Assembly (NCBI GenBank): GCA_002633005.1
Contig: NMRA01000251.1
Span: 1-64,000, forward strand
Direction: 5' to 3'
DNA from: Phoronis australis
Taxonomy: Eukaryota; Animalia; Phoronida
Length of the DNA: 64,000 nucleotides
Shown here: positions 13,066 through 27,478 of the stretch, piece by piece
Layout: each line of letters opens with the position of its first letter
Numbering within the stretch: position 1 is the first letter of the stretch
Notes under the pieces: generated by a model
The model's input: the letters and a program-made list of their open reading frames with translations, nothing else
The model's database searches: none
What the model was told of the DNA's origin: nothing
Translations under genes and position numbers: made by a program

Positions 13066-14176
13066 GAACAAGCATACATGTACAGTGTAGTTATCATGTT
13101 TCTTCAGAGGCCTCGGGCCGAGGGGAAACAGGTGCCTGTGCGGCCTTCTGAGAGGGGAACGTTTCGCCGAGTGACGGGTTAGTGAAAAATCTACTGACTT
13201 CCGGATCACCATCAATAGCACCCCACCCTGTTGCAAGCTCTCATAGCTCTGTCTCAAGTAGCATTTTCAGTGGCTGATCTCAGGATACCATGAGGGGGGC
13301 CTGACAACCTCGGAGAAGCGGGCAAAGCGCGATTGTATGCACGCAGGCGGCAAGGAAGTTGCGGGCGCCGAGGATGTATACCTCAAGCCGAGGAAATCTG
13401 TCGTTGGACTAAAATAAAAAAACGGAACGTGTTTCCCCCCTCGTCCGCTACCGGTCCTAGCTCGAACTCAGTATTTCCTCCCGCTTCACGATTTGATGGT
13501 TTATTTTGCTTGCGGTAGTCAAGGGGGGGGGGCGGGCCCCTGGGCCCTGGACCCGAAGAGGTCAAGGTCAAGTTATTCCAAAAGGGGATGGTTGGGTTAG
13601 AGAGGCCTCCCACTCTAGAGCCACTGATCAATCACCCAAGAACAGAGAATGCTCCCAACGAGGTTTTCGGCATCCCATATCTTACGAAACAACAGTGGCT
13701 GCTAAAGACAGAAAACCCCCATGCATAAGGGTCCCCCAGGTTATTTTTTAAGAAAAAAAGTTCGTTACAAGTACTCTATGTAATAGTTTAAACTGCAGTT
13801 TACATAACTTGAAATCATAAGCGGTTTTAAACGACAATGAATATATTCTTCCAGTCATCACTTCGAAAGTTATAACCTTCTTCTTGGAATCTTTTTGAGC
13901 AGTAGGCAAATTTTTGTTCCAGCAAAAAATTCACACACCATTTTACATACTGACGTGCAGTTTAAAAAATTACGGATATAAAAAGGTATAATTGGTTCAT
14001 ATATCTTAACTGTAACTGTATTTGTAATGGTGTTCTCCTCAGATACGACGTAATAGATCCAATCAGAGAACAATATTCCAAAAAGTAAATGAGTAAAAAC
14101 TGTTAAGTAAGTCATTAATAAAAAGAACACCAAAACTAGCATACTTGCTAAAGAAGATAGACTTTCTGTCTATTGG

Positions 14177-14855
14177 TGTCACGTTTCCCCAGTGTGTGGG
14201 TGGGCGCAGGTTGTTACAGACCTGTGCTAATAGCTTTCGGTGCGACGATTGACTGAAGACTGGTTCGAGTTAATCCTTTATTAATTCCGACCGTACGTTC
14301 ACAAGCCTTCTCAAACAAAACGTCCGACGTAATATCTGTTTATGCTCCAGTCAGAGATGCTAAGCCTGAACTTCTGAGACACGTTCAGCAACTGTTACAC
14401 TCGTCGATTCAATAACCTGCTGTCTCTGTAGCTGGCTCTCTATTGACTGTCGCTGTAACTGCTGATTCTCTTCACTGCAACTCAACTATAATTCTCCTGA
14501 TTAACTTTCTTGAACTGTCTTGATGAATTGACTTGATCTCTCTTGAACTGACTAACACAAACCCGTGCTTGTGTATTTATAGCCTAGTGCATTGTTCTGG
14601 AAGTTTACATCAGTTCGAGCATATCCTAGAACTTTCCTGAATCTACCCAATCATTCTGCAACCATATACAAGTCTCTGGAATATTCCAGACTGCATTAAT
14701 CACTGTCATGCTAGAGTCTTCTAGAATCTTCCTCACTACATGTATTTTGCAGTAAACAAATTACATCATCTACTTAACTCAGGGGTCATGCCAATCAAAC
14801 TGAATAACAAAACAAAACAATACAACTAATAATACTGTCAGACTATATTCTGACA
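14177..14855 (-). mobile_element. Solo LTR (family copy 1), 5-bp TSD ATTGG
   Basis: TGTCA...TGACA termini flanked by ATTGG at 14172-14176 and 14856-14860. TATAAATA and AATAAA on the minus strand. Highly similar to 24220-25018. Confidence 0.9.
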
Positions 14856-17567
14856 ATTGGTATATAATCATTCTGCCATGAACTTGTTGAGAGTAAATCA
14901 TTCACATCTTTATGGGGCTGTTTACTCAAGAAAAAGACCACTTACTTAGAACCTCATTCCAAAAAGGATTGATTACTTCAGTATGATGTTTAATAAAACA
15001 TTTCCAAAATTTATATTTGACTTTGCAATCCCTGTTTCAAATTCAAACACCCATTTTGATTCAGACGTACATTGTAAGTAGTCATTTTATCCACGAAATT
15101 TTTATAGCCTTGTTAAAAAGAATTACATAAGTTTTAATTAATACATCTTGCTTCACTCTCTCAATTTTTTATTCCAAATAAACTTAAAAATGTTGATTTC
15201 ATCAATCCTCTCGTTGTAGTTGATGTCATTCATTTTTTCTAGGTTAATAGTGAGCATCTTAAATTCCTTTATGCCTCATTCCAACTTCCATCTTGCATGA
15301 TGGAAAACATCTTTTCAAATTTGTTTACTGCCCAACCAAATAACATTTGTTTTGCGATAATTTACTCTCAAACCAGACATTTCTACCAATTTACTCAAAA
15401 CTTCCATAGTAGCTTCCAAACTACACCGTGTACCATGCACATATAAGAAAAACGTGTGTCATCAGCATACTGAGTAAGTATAAATTGATCATATCCGATT
15501 TGAATGCTTTTAATTCCCCTATCATCATAGCTGATATTTCAGCACATAAAATGAAAACGTATGAAGAAAGAGGATCACCTTGTCTACAGCCCCTGTGCAG
15601 GGTAAAAATTCTGGACAGAAAACCATTTTGAAAAATGTATGACACCGGACATTATAACAGCTTTTAATCCAACGCTTAATTGAGGGCTTGAAATTAAAAA
15701 TAGCCAAAAACATTATTTATGAAGTTCTATGACCCCGTTAAAAGTGTTTTCACAATCTATTTGTAATAAAAACCCAGGTATACCATTTTTCACAGAAATT
15801 CATAATATCATATGTCAATCTTATGTTTTCACCCAAACATCTCCCTTTTATAAATCCCGTCTGATCCGGCGGAAATTATATATCCAAGTACATTTTTATT
15901 CGCCTAGCAATACATCCGGATGTTAACGTGTAAACAATGTTGAGCAAAGTTATTGGTCTCTATTTTTTCTGAATTTTTGCTTTATCTGGCTTTTGAATTA
16001 AAGTTACGACCCCAGTTGTTTGCGTGTTTGACATTTAGATTTTTTCATAGCTTTCATATATGTGTCTTGAAACAACATAGTCTAAAAATTCATTTATGAA
16101 ACCATCTGACCAAGGACTTTTTCATATTTTGAATTTTTCAATACAGACCAGAGTTCTTCATATGTAATGTGTCCCTCAAGGTCCATGGCAAAATTATCGG
16201 GAAGTTTATTTGAAACAATTTTACTTTTTTCAGGAGAACTGTTAACAGAATAATTGTTTTTTTTAAATATCCAAGGCCACGTCTAGTATCTTTTCTTGAT
16301 TTGTAATTATTTCTCCATTAATCGATTGTTACAACAATGTCTAGATTTAAAACTACTAATATATTTTGTTGGGCGTTCCCCCTTCTCTATACAATTTGCC
16401 CTGGATCTGAGGTAATACCTTTTTACTTTCCCTGACCTTATCTCTAGAAGAGCACTTTTTTTTTCTTTCTAAATCTTCAAAAGTTCTATCATCAACACAT
16501 TGTTCTGTTTCTTTTTCTAACTTATTCTCTTGACCATCTATTTTTCTTTATTTGAATCGAGTATTTTCTTATACCCATTAACAGCACATCCAGAAATACT
16601 TGATCAATTATAAAAAACTGAACCATACTGCTCGAAATATTTTGAATTTTGTCTAAATGGAATACCGGAACGGCATAGTTTTTAACATCAGTTATTGTAT
16701 CTTGAAATATGTCTACATATTCCTTTTCACTTAAAAGTGAGTTCTTAAATTTCCAGAGTCCTCTAATTCTCTCTTTAAATTTTAGGCTTAAGAAGACCCC
16801 AGAATGATCTGATCTACAACTCGGAGCTATAGAAATTCTTTGGACACAATGCACCAAAGTTTTGGAAACCAGAAAAAGTCAAGCCCAGCCTGCTTAATCG
16901 GATTCTTTTTTCGCCAAGTGAAACTTTGTTATGAAGGAAAGAATTCTTAAAGAGACACAGACATCAAACGTATTAAATAATTCCTTCAGAAATTTTGTAG
17001 CGTTTGTATTATTACAAAATCTTTAATTGCAAGTATCCAGTTCTTGACTTAGAACTTAATTAAAATTTCCACATAATATAAACTTATGGACATCAATCTT
17101 AAAATACATTACTTTAAAAGTTTGGGTTATCAGTATTTGAAACAAACAAATTTACAAGAATGGTCCTCTCTCTCTCTACATAATAAATCCTGTAATAACA
17201 TAAATTCTCGTAGGAACCTTTCTCCCATTTTGAACAGTAAACTCAGAGTTATTGTTAAATATTATAGCTACTCGTCTTGAATTACTCTTGTAAGCGCTAA
17301 AATAAGAAGTGTAACTCCATTGAGATTCAATGTACGGCTCCAAATCACAAGCAAAATGTCTTGTACACAATATATATTAAATGCTTTATTTTGTAATTAA
17401 AGACACCTCTTCTTCTTTTCTGGGGTTCGTAAACCCTGGAAATTAACTGAAAAGATTTTAATTCCGATCATAGTAGGCAATAGAAACTACTTTCACAATA
17501 GACGTTTTTGGTCACATAAAGTATTACAAAAACTTACAGGGTGGGCAGGTGGGACTAAGTATACCTT

Positions 17568-17574
17568 CACACAC

Positions 17575-17610
<36 letters not shown>
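17568..17610 (+). repeat. (CA)n microsatellite in the LINE inter-ORF region
   Basis: Seen directly. Confidence 0.95.
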
Positions 17611-17613
<3 letters not shown>

Positions 17614-19239
17614 AAAGCATATTTCAAAAATAATGAATAAACAAAACAGAGGACAACATGGACGAATGAATTCACTAGTGAACTGTGGTCTTCTTCCAGT
17701 TCATCAAGGCACAAGGGTATTTCTAACCAACTCAAATAAATTACAAGAAACCGTTCCAATGTGCCACATAGAGATCTCCACTAATGGATGTCTTGGATAA
17801 ACTCCACATCTTTTAGATTAATCTTCCCATCGTTGGTCCAGTAGCCTTTCACCCTTCCCCTCGCACCAAGATTCCTTACCGCTTTGAATAGTTTTTGCCC
17901 TTCGATTGGTAAGACTCTCCTTGACATAAACGCCCGAATCAACATTTTTCAATGACATACATGTGCGTTGACGAAAGAAATTTGAACGAGCAGTGTACAA
18001 TGTATGTGGTAAACTTAACCACAATAGGACGGCATTGTTATCAGCAAATAATTCAGCAATGTAGAGTAAACGAGTGATTTCTCATTACTTAATAGGTTTA
18101 ATTTAAGCTGTTGGAGAGGGGCCCTCGATCCAAGGTCAAGGTCATGCGAGTAACCGGTAGTGGTTGGTAAAACTGAAGGAAGACGAAGACGAAATATAAA
18201 TCACATTACTTTTTAAGTGCGTTTCATTAAGTGATTATTGAACTGAGAACACGCCAATATGTACTGCTTTTTTAAAGAATAAGATGAAATTCGATCCTCA
18301 GGTGCAATACTTACAGCTTGTTATATAGCCACGTTTCTCGCCGCCAGGATGACGCAGTCAGCTTGATGGAATCAAAAATTCTGTCATTTTTGGCTGTATT
18401 CGTTTCCTTGTATGGATTCTTATTGGTTTAGTTACCGTTGTGGTGTTTGTTTTGGCATTTTAGAAAAGTCCGAACAGAATCCACGAAACACTGCATTCTT
18501 GTTGTTTTTTTCTACGTTCTGTGCCAAGTCACTAGGATTTTACAACGCGTACAGCGTACGTTATGGTACAGGGTTATTACTGTACATCGAGATTTTTATT
18601 ATGCAACCCCATTTCAACTAAGGCGGAGGCCCGGGGTTCTTTACGAAGTTTACCCTTACCTTCTAGTTATTGCCTTCAAAAATATGACGCAATTGGATCT
18701 TTTCATGATGTTTGAACACGACAAACATGTAAGGTTCTATGCCTGAAATGAATTAACCTGTAAACGTTTTAAAAAGGGACATTTGGTTATTCTTTGCTCA
18801 TAAAGTGCACTGAGAGAGCGTCCTCATAAGTAATGTGATTTGAGGTGTCCTAGGAGAGCTCGGGTAATTGCGTTGTCACCGATCGGAAGATCATATTTGT
18901 CTCTACACAGTTATTAGTTTTATATGCTAATATTTGCTATCGGAGGAGACGTTGTCCTATGTATGCGGCGACAGCGAATATTTTCTTAAATTACAGTGCC
19001 CTAGTTCTATTTATCAACCTTACAAATGTTATACAAATCAAGACAGCGGAACAACTTTATGATAAAACAGTCGGGTAAATGATTTTATATGATGTTAATA
19101 ACCTAGTGAAGTATTTATGAAGCTATTTCGCATGCCGTAATACTGAGTTCTTTGTACGTATTATCATTATATGGTAATATGGAATTATGTGCGATATTTT
19201 TAATTCGATTCGCATGCAATAAATACAGATTATCCCCCG

Positions 19240-19800
19240 TTATCTAGAGCCCGAGTGGATTTTCGAGAAGTATCGCCCAAGGGGCGTTAGCTCCGAGGTT
19301 GATAATTTTCCAAAATCAACTTTAGACCAGTTTGTCAGGAGTTCAGTCACAATACGTATTCCACGTAAAAATAACAAAAAGTACAAATCACTGAGGAAGA
19401 TCATTATATCTGGGCTTACAGTATGTGTCACCGACCAGTTTCAATTTTATGTCAATGGTAGCGCTTCCTGCCGCAAAGGTTTTACGCGTTTTGTATCCTA
19501 AATTAACATACCTTTCGTTGTCAAATTTCCCACTAGTATCTTTGTGCGGAACATTTGCATTTCTCTTGATAAATCTTTTTCCGGCCCGATGATGCCGACC
19601 GCTTTCGTTTCCTGAGAACTTCATTCAAGAGATGAGAGGTGTTCGACAAAGAATTCAATGGGTGATCCGTCAATGTAGACAGGGTAAGGTTCGTCCCAGT
19701 TCATTTTCGTATCCTTTTTAATCTATTCCAGCAGTATCTGAGCCTTACGAGGCATATATACCGGGACGGAGTCAACAATATCTGCATCCATTGTTTAAGA
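19240..19800 (+). pseudogene. Possible Crypton / DUF3504 tyrosine-recombinase relic
   Basis: Hand translation EWIFEKYRPRGVSSEVDNFPKSTLDQFVRSSVTIRIPRKNNKKYKSLRKIIISGL resembles the LDxxLxxF...RKxxGxxYxxxSL..I..GL N-terminal region. Weak EMRG and GRSQQYL echoes occur downstream. Highly degenerate. Confidence 0.35.
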
Positions 19801-21669
19801 AATATTCTTTTCCTCCTTTTGGTCTTCGGCGATTTGTCACATAACAACAAAACGAATCAACCCGTAAGAGTGAAAATAAGGGAATCACAGCCTCTCTAAC
19901 AGGTCAACTTGAACATATTACGTAAAAAGGTGTGACATCATTGTCACTTCCCTCTGGTGCGAGGATGATGTCCTTTACGGTTGCAGTCGTCACACTAGAC
20001 CTTTGACTTTTGCCCTTTGACCTATGACCTCTGATCAACACGTCCCACAAACCAAGCGACTAAATGACTTACTATACTACTAATGTCCGTTGAGACATGG
20101 AGGTGTTTTTAGGTATCTTCTTCGTTCTTGAAACCAGGACATGACGAACCTCTCCTTTACATTCTTACCGTGTGTTGAAACTGTAGCGAACTGGCTCTGT
20201 ACGGCATTGACTGACTCCCATCATTGACTTTCTATGGACAAGCTTAATAAAACCCAGTTTGTTCTAGGATGCCGTGATGAGGTGTTGATCTATTTATCGT
20301 TGCGCAATATTAGCTATGAAATCCATTAATAGGTGACTATACACCGTTTCAGTCTGCCTCTTTAAGCTCACTTTCTGAAACTGGAATTTTATGTTCCATC
20401 CCTTTCCCATTCCCATTCCCTCCACTTTCAAGGTTTAGGTTCCAATTTCTTCTACAACGTTAACGAGGTGAATAAAATCGTTTGCGGTTCGCCTCGTAGC
20501 TTATCAACCTGCACTTGGGCCAGGTGTTTTTATTTTTAACCACGGTTTACAAATAATTTCTGGACCTGAAGGTAAGGTGCGGTCCCCCTGGTGCCAAAGT
20601 GGTCATTAGGTTGGTTTGTAATCCAATGTACTTGTTTTTAACGGCGGTAGACTTTCCAGTGTATATAGTTATTGACTCAATTGGAAGTTTTGATCAAACA
20701 AGAACGAACGGCATTGTCAACGAAAAGGTAATGAACGACATTCTCCACGTTGACAGGAACCCTTAAAAGACCATTGCAAGAGCTAAAAAGTCTAATCCGA
20801 TTTTCATTTGAGCCAGTTTTAACTGTTATAAACCCATCTTCCGTCCAGAAAGCGAACGTCCAATTTGATTCAGACCGCACATGTTCCTTACTAAGGTGGC
20901 AGTTCGCGGATATTTGTCGCGACTATTACATGTATGTTAGGCGCATAGACTGACACGCCGAGAAAGGTCAACTTCATGAGACTGTTCTCTAGCAATAACA
21001 AACAGTCGACTTTTTCGAGATATTGGAAATCATCACCAATATGACTAGGGAAATCTATACTCGTTTCAGGTTTATGGCATGGGCAAAACCTCTTGAAAAG
21101 TTCGTTAAACTCCCTCGGCTTTTGTTTTCTCTAATAGACCGTAAAAACAATATGTTTTGCTGAAAAGATCGACTTGTCCAAAACTTTCAACCACATGACG
21201 CAAATTTGCAAAACTACGCTTGCGCAAGGTAAAGTAAACTCAGATTCTTGTTGTTAACAGTTTAAAATAGTAATATTGAACCTTAAAAATGGTTGTAAAT
21301 AGTGTAACAGTCAGCAAGGCTTCCCCGCGCGTGAACACTGAATTTACCTTGAGACAGCAGAGCTAGACAGTCTCACCGCGTTTCTTGGGTTGGGGTTCGT
21401 CAACGTTTGAATAATGATGGATATGGAAATCGCCGAAGATGGGTCCGTTTAAAAAGTTCCTTGCATGTCCTTCCGAATTGGAGTACGCGCAGTTGCGACA
21501 GCTGATTTTTTAATTATAACCTTGTAACTTTCACGGAATTCCGGCATTGTCTGGTTAGCGCGCGTTTGGTTGTTTCAGTGTTTTGCAGGTGATAAAATGC
21601 AAGGGTAGGTATTTTAACTTTATACTACTATGTGATTTGCCCATGTAATATCACAGCATAAGCAGTCGT

Positions 21670-22015
21670 TGTCACGTTTTCCCCCGTGTGTGGGTGGGCG
21701 CAGGTTTTTACAGACCTAAGCTAATAGCTTTTGGTGCGACGATTGACTGAAGACTGGTTCGGGTTAATCCTTTATTAATCCCGACCGTACGTTCACAAGC
21801 CTACTCAAACAAAACGTCCGACGTACATGTAATGTCTGTTTATGCTCCAGCCAATGCTGCGAAGCCTTGACTTGTGATGAACTTCTGAGACACGTTCAGC
21901 AACTGTTACACTCGTCGATTCAATAACCTGCTGTCTCTATAGCTGGCTCTATTGACTATCACTGTAACTGCTGATTCTCTTCACTGCAACTCAACTGTAA
22001 TCTCCTGATTAACTT
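21670..22015 (-). mobile_element. Solo-LTR family copy 2, truncated at the N at 22016
   Basis: Near-identical to 14177-14507 from the TGTCACG terminus up to the N. Confidence 0.88.
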
Positions 22016-22016
22016 N

Positions 22017-23668
22017 CATGTAAATTTGTCAGGCTGGTGGTGGATCATTTCCTGATAAGTCCGTCTGAAAAAGTTGCATGCCAACTCACTCATAGTTGAA
22101 TGTTAAATTAGTGTTAACAGTTTGGGTTTTTTTTCAGTTGGACTTGTATCGCAAGCGACAGCTCAGTCCAGAGCCCTGAATATGCAAATGAAATTCAAAT
22201 ATAAAAACCTTGAGTCTTAGAAGCCAAGTACCACAGATCATCGTGCTATCAAAAATAGAAAGACAACGATTGTGAAGAGTGACGAATCCAGTTTTCAGAG
22301 ATGTTTTTCTACAGTTTTGTTTGGAGTTCATTGAATCAAAGCTTCTAACACATGGAGATGTCATTTGCCTTTCAAAACTAAAGCAGGATTTTGAAGCTGT
22401 TCTTCAGAAAGCTGGTGTGCATGAAGTTATTTGGACAGGCAATCTTAAGACATATTGTTGAAGCTACTCACTGTTGTAGTTTGTACCCGACTAAGAGATA
22501 CGAAAGTGAATTGAGACTTAAGTGTTCAATAATTCACTTGCTGACTCTAATTAACACATCCCATTATAACATATTTTGAATCAAACGTTTTCCCAAATCC
22601 TGCCCGCCTCCAAACAAAATCCTGCCCGCCTCCAAACAAGGACTTAGTGTTTGACCCTTCATTGCCTGCGGGCCAATCACCAGTGTGCGTTGCTGTACCC
22701 TCTCTAATCGACCATAGTTGGCTCCTTGGCGGTGGAGCTTTGCAGTTGAAATGTATGGCAATGTCCGCAGCTCCATTGACAGTACTAAACGATGAATGCT
22801 GCAAGTGCAAAAAGAACATGTGTGCTGGGAAACTGAGTTTGTGCTGCAATGCTGGGTCAAACTGTACAGAAATGTGCAGCTGTGACAACTCTAGTAACAT
22901 CAGCAACACTGACTGCATAACATTGGATAGTTCTTTGACTAGTCAACCCTAAATAGACCTCTAACCCCGTTATTTCGTTTTTTTGTATTAAAAAGTTAAT
23001 TTTATTTGTTGATTAAGTCATAGAAAGTACATACTTTGATCATTGTCATGTATTTGTCTCATGCTTCTTGATAAACGCGTGTTAGCTCATTCACAGAGAT
23101 CATTCAACTCTATCGTTTTAGTACTATAACGTATTTCTGGTGTATTATGCAAACAAGGTGTATTTTACACCATTAGTCAATGTTTTAGTCATTGAGGCAC
23201 AAACTCTGCCCAGTCTCAAGTGCTTTGTGTTATTTTTGTTGCCAGATAATGCCAGAATAACTTCCTAGTAACATTCAGACTTAGTTTGTATTTTTGCCAC
23301 TAGGTGTCTCTTTACATTTTTTTAAATTTCACTGTTTACAATTAATCTACAATAGTAAAACATGTAATGTGAGTCTAATAATGTTCAATACAATGGCACT
23401 GATGGGACCATATTACTTATTTTTACAAATAAGTCACCAAAACTGTTGTTTTTACAAATATAAGTTCACTAAGCTCTTTGGTGATTATTACATGTAGGTA
23501 ACTTCAAACTCGAATTTCTCAAAATTGTGCAACTTTATATGTGGGAACTTTTTAGATTTTGAAAACACTCTAAAAAATGAATTAAAAAACACCAAAATAA
23601 AATTGCCCCCCTAAAGTACTCACAAAAACCATTTTCTAGAGGCCCTACAAATTCTGGCCCACCGACTA
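22017..23668 (+). mobile_element. Academ-like DNA transposon, internally deleted 3' part (different subfamily)
   Basis: PSLIDHSW...AAP..VL..ECCKCKKNMC....CCNAGSNCTEMCSC Cys-rich tail (22690-22900). Ends ggcccaccgacta (TAG terminus on the other strand). A ~22-bp tandem duplication lies at 22594-22637. Confidence 0.6.
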
Positions 23669-24219
23669 AATGTGCCATTAGATATACTAAATCATATCCA
23701 GTGTTTCATTATTGAGTTTATGTTGTAATACGGCGACACATATTTATGAAACTGTGTCAAACACCATTAAAGTGAAACAAAGGCGAACATTCACATATTT
23801 TTAATAAACAATTCCTCCTAGCAAATACTGGAATCGAAACCTGGCCTTGTCGTGCCCAACAAGATCGTGCGCGTACATGTACAAATCAGTTATAAAACGC
23901 GTTTTAATAGCTACATGTATGACTGCACGCCCACGTCAAGGAGACACAAAGAGAAACTGAATATACCCTCAACGTGTTGTACTACAGAATCGGAAACAAT
24001 GTTTCAAGTGTTCACTACTAGTTAACAGAACTGGGATCAACTTTCTATTTGTCAATATGCGCCTTTAACCAGAAGTTAAACATGCATGTAGGCAAGCACT
24101 TTAGTTGCCCTCTTAAGCGTCTTCATACGTGTGCCAAATTTTCTACCCTTCCAGTCATGTTTAAGAGTATGTCAAGTGACAACTTATTGCAAAATGAAAT
24201 GGCAAATTAGCTAGGCTAC

Positions 24220-25018
24220 TGTCACAATATAGTCTGACAGTATTTTTAGTTGTATTGTTTTGTTTTGTTTTGTTATTCTGCATGATTGGCATGACCCCTG
24301 AGCTAAGTACAGTGATGATGTAATTTGCTTACGACAAAACAGTGTGGAACTTTCTAGAAGACTGGGGTCAGAACAGTGATGATGTAATTTGTTTACAACA
24401 GTATAGTGTGGAACTTTCTAGAAGACTCTAGCATGACAGTGATTAATGCAGTGTGAAATATTCTAGAGGCTAGTATATGTCTGTAGAATGCTTGGGTAGA
24501 TTCAGGAAAGTTCTAGAATGTGCTCGAATTGATGTAAAGTTCCATAACAATGCATTAGGCTATAAATACACAAACACGGGTTTGTGTTAGTCAGATCAAG
24601 TCGAGAGATCAAGTCAGTTCAAGAAGAGATCAAGTCAATTCAAGAGAAGATCAGGTAAGTTCAAGAAAGTTAATCAGGAGAACTACAGTTGAGTTGCAGT
24701 GAAAAGAATCAGCAGTTACAGTGATAGTCAATAGAGAGCCAGCAACAGAGACAGCAGATTATTGAATAGACGAGTGTAACAGTTGCTGAACGTGTCTCAG
24801 AAGTTTATCTCAAGTCAAGGCTTCGCAGCACTTGCTGGAGCATATAGAACAGACATTACGTCGGACGTTTTGTTTTAGTAGGCTTGTGAACATACGGTTG
24901 GGATTAATAAAGGATTAACTCGAACTAGTCTTCAGTCTATCGTCGCACCGAAAGCTACATGTATTAGCATCGGTCTGTAACAACCTGCAACCACCCACAC
25001 ACGGGGACAAACGTGACA
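24220..25018 (+). mobile_element. Solo LTR (family copy 3), 5-bp TSD GCTAC
   Basis: TGTCAC...GTGACA termini flanked by GCTAC at 24215-24219 and 25019-25023. TATAAATA at 24561, AATAAA at ~24906, and internal tandem duplications. Confidence 0.92.
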
Positions 25019-26460
25019 GCTACCATCCTACCTGATGAAATTTTATTCGTCTTTCGTTCACCAAAATGACTCACTAAAGCTTCCTCATAATACGCAAGGG
25101 CAATAAAAAACCCTCTTCGTGTTTTTGTGCTCCTAATGATTTCAGTTTTGATTTCGCCTGAACACGCACGTTGGAAAAAAACATCATGACTAATGAAACA
25201 CAGTCACGTCAGTACCAAAACCTATCAAGAAAGGGCAAGGTGTGCATACTTCCGGCCAGTTGTTCATTGTAATAGAAGAACGACAAAGTAATATAATAGT
25301 CGGTCACCTGCTTGTCAGGTCACAAAATGACATTATTGAAGTCCCGCAGATCGTGGTTGCTCCATCAAGTGAAGAATATACTAATTAATTTATTGTTGCC
25401 AGTGAAATTATTTGCTAAATGTCTTTGCCACCAACATTAAACTTCATTTATTACAACTGTGAAATCGCATTTCTTGCCTAACAATTAGAAGACGCTACTT
25501 GTTGGTGCAAGAAGTTTGAGTTCCTGTTGCTGTGATTAAAGAGAAATGCGGTTGAAACTTAATGTTCAAATAATCTACACTTTTATCTAACGGATACAAC
25601 ATAACAGACTGTTTTGTTTTCCTTTTCTCATATTTAACTCGAACACTAACCGGAATGATAATTCGCCCATGGATCAGCGATTACAAACCCAGAGATTAGT
25701 CATGCCTCTAATTAAAAAACAATACCAAAATATGGTCAAGCGTTTTCTCTGATATACATGCTAAATGGAAAACTACTTTTTGCATTTTACTTCAAGTCTG
25801 TCAATAATATATAGAAATTATTTGGTGTCCATAAAAAATTGGAATGACAACCAACTTCATGACGGAGCTAGTTACCACCAAAGGTGCACCGACGTCTGGG
25901 AATTGTGGTAGATGATTCATAAAACCGAACCTTTCATTTTCATAAAACGTTACGATAGTAATACACATACACCTGTAACAATGCTGTTAACGTACAATGC
26001 CTCTCTGCGCTTTCTGGGCGACGTATATTCATTGTATTGAATATTTCGTCATAAACATTAAAAAACATATATTTGTCCAAGTAAAAGCTCCAGACTAACG
26101 GCATTCATCTTGCAGTAATATTGCTGGAAACCTGGATAAGACTGTCGTGGTAGACGTGACGGCTATAAATAGACTAATGGATATCCAACACATTTTGGTT
26201 GTGTGCGATCTTGTCCTGAATTCAACTACAGTTCTGGTTGGGGTACATGTGACCTAGGTGGATGACTGAACAGGGGAGGCTCTTTAACTCGTTCCACAAT
26301 TAAAAAATACATATGACGCGTTCTTGTGCACAGAATATTCAGAATTTATTTGACAGTAAAAACTTCAATTCACAGACGTAAAAAGATTAATTCTGCGTTC
26401 GAACGATTTGAGATGATATAGAGTACGGTTTACACTTCTGTATCCTTCACGTGTTTCCTC

Positions 26461-26645
26461 TCATCGTCGACTTGTGTTTTTATTTCTAGAATAGATATAT
26501 TGTCGTAATTTCACAATGCCAAAATGTCCTGCGTGAACTGCCAGCACGGAGACGAAGACGGCGAATATCCATCCTATGGCTTTTGTAGGAGACTTGTCGT
26601 AATCAATGATGGAATAAATGTAACTATTTCCGTCTTCCGATGTAC
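26461..26645 (-). CDS. rost: Rolling stone-like paralog A, terminal exon 5 (GTSEDGNSYIYSIIDYDKSPTKAIGW...RNKNTSRR*)
   Basis: Acceptor ttcag|GT, GT...G..YIY.ILD[WY] motif, final TM helix and TGA at 26461-26463. The five exons total 933 nt, an open 310-aa frame. A possible AATAAA lies at 26345-26350. Confidence 0.88.
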
Positions 26646-27478
26646 CTGAAAAGGCATTGTTTGAATTGTTTGTTAGCAATAAAAAGGCATACATGTATGC
26701 GCAATAAATGTGATTGCTCTTCACCTGGAACTAAACTTTTTCATTGGCCCTCAAGAATGCAAGCCGGTCCATTACATATACTAAATGCCTTCAAGATAAC
26801 ACAACTTTAAAAGTGCCATTTTTTTCGTTTGTGGTTAAGTTTACACGCATGGCCTTTGGACGAGGTGATGCGCCCTTTTACATGTACTATGCCTGAAGAA
26901 CAATATGATGAGCTCGCATGATTCTGTCATTTTTGTTGTGTATGGGTCAATGCTAATGTTGTAGCACAGCTGATACTTGTTTTTCTTACTTCCCGTCCGT
27001 CGAAATACCGTAAAGTTACTTGCTAGTTACCATGGTTCCTGTGGTATATACTCTACAGTTGACAACCATTGGTTCCACGGGTAACACTATTCGAGAACTG
27101 ACATGACACCGTCATGCTTTGGAAGCACGGTCAGTAAATGTTACCACGTTAGAGTGGAAGAGCGAAGGAAATGTAATTGAGAACAGAACCTTTAGTGGTC
27201 TTTACGATGAACCATTGACACAGACCTAGACAGAATTTTGGGCCTAGGGAGAGTAGGCTTTTATTGCCCGAGCTCAAATGCAAGTTTTCCGGATCAGGTA
27301 TTATTGACTACGAAATGGATCCATGTAACGAAACCAATCAGTTGCGCATTAAATGCAAAGTCTCACAAGGCGTCGTTTGCGTGTTCCTACAAACTTCGTG
27401 CTCCAAGTTGATGCAGGTGCCACGATAGAGTGCCTACTATGACTGTTTTCATTGGAAGGAGGACATAAATGCCATTAC

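Larger units (their letters stand above)
13760..18050 (-). mobile_element. Decayed L1/Tx1-clade LINE (ORF1 remnant plus APE-RT ORF2), interrupted by a solo LTR
   Basis: ORF2 starts at ATG 17471 (MIGIKIFSVNFQGLR). Recognisable motifs: IESQW...NSRRVAIIF, SDHSGV, GLWKFKNSLL, RGCRQGDPLSSYVF and QYADDT (~15455-15475). An ORF1-like GVYVKESLT lies at ~17900-17940. Many stops and frameshifts; the 3' boundary is approximate. Confidence 0.9.

Noticed and set aside
22647-22952. Metallothionein-like Cys-rich ORF
   Set aside because: Better explained as the decayed C-terminal finger of an Academ-like transposase.
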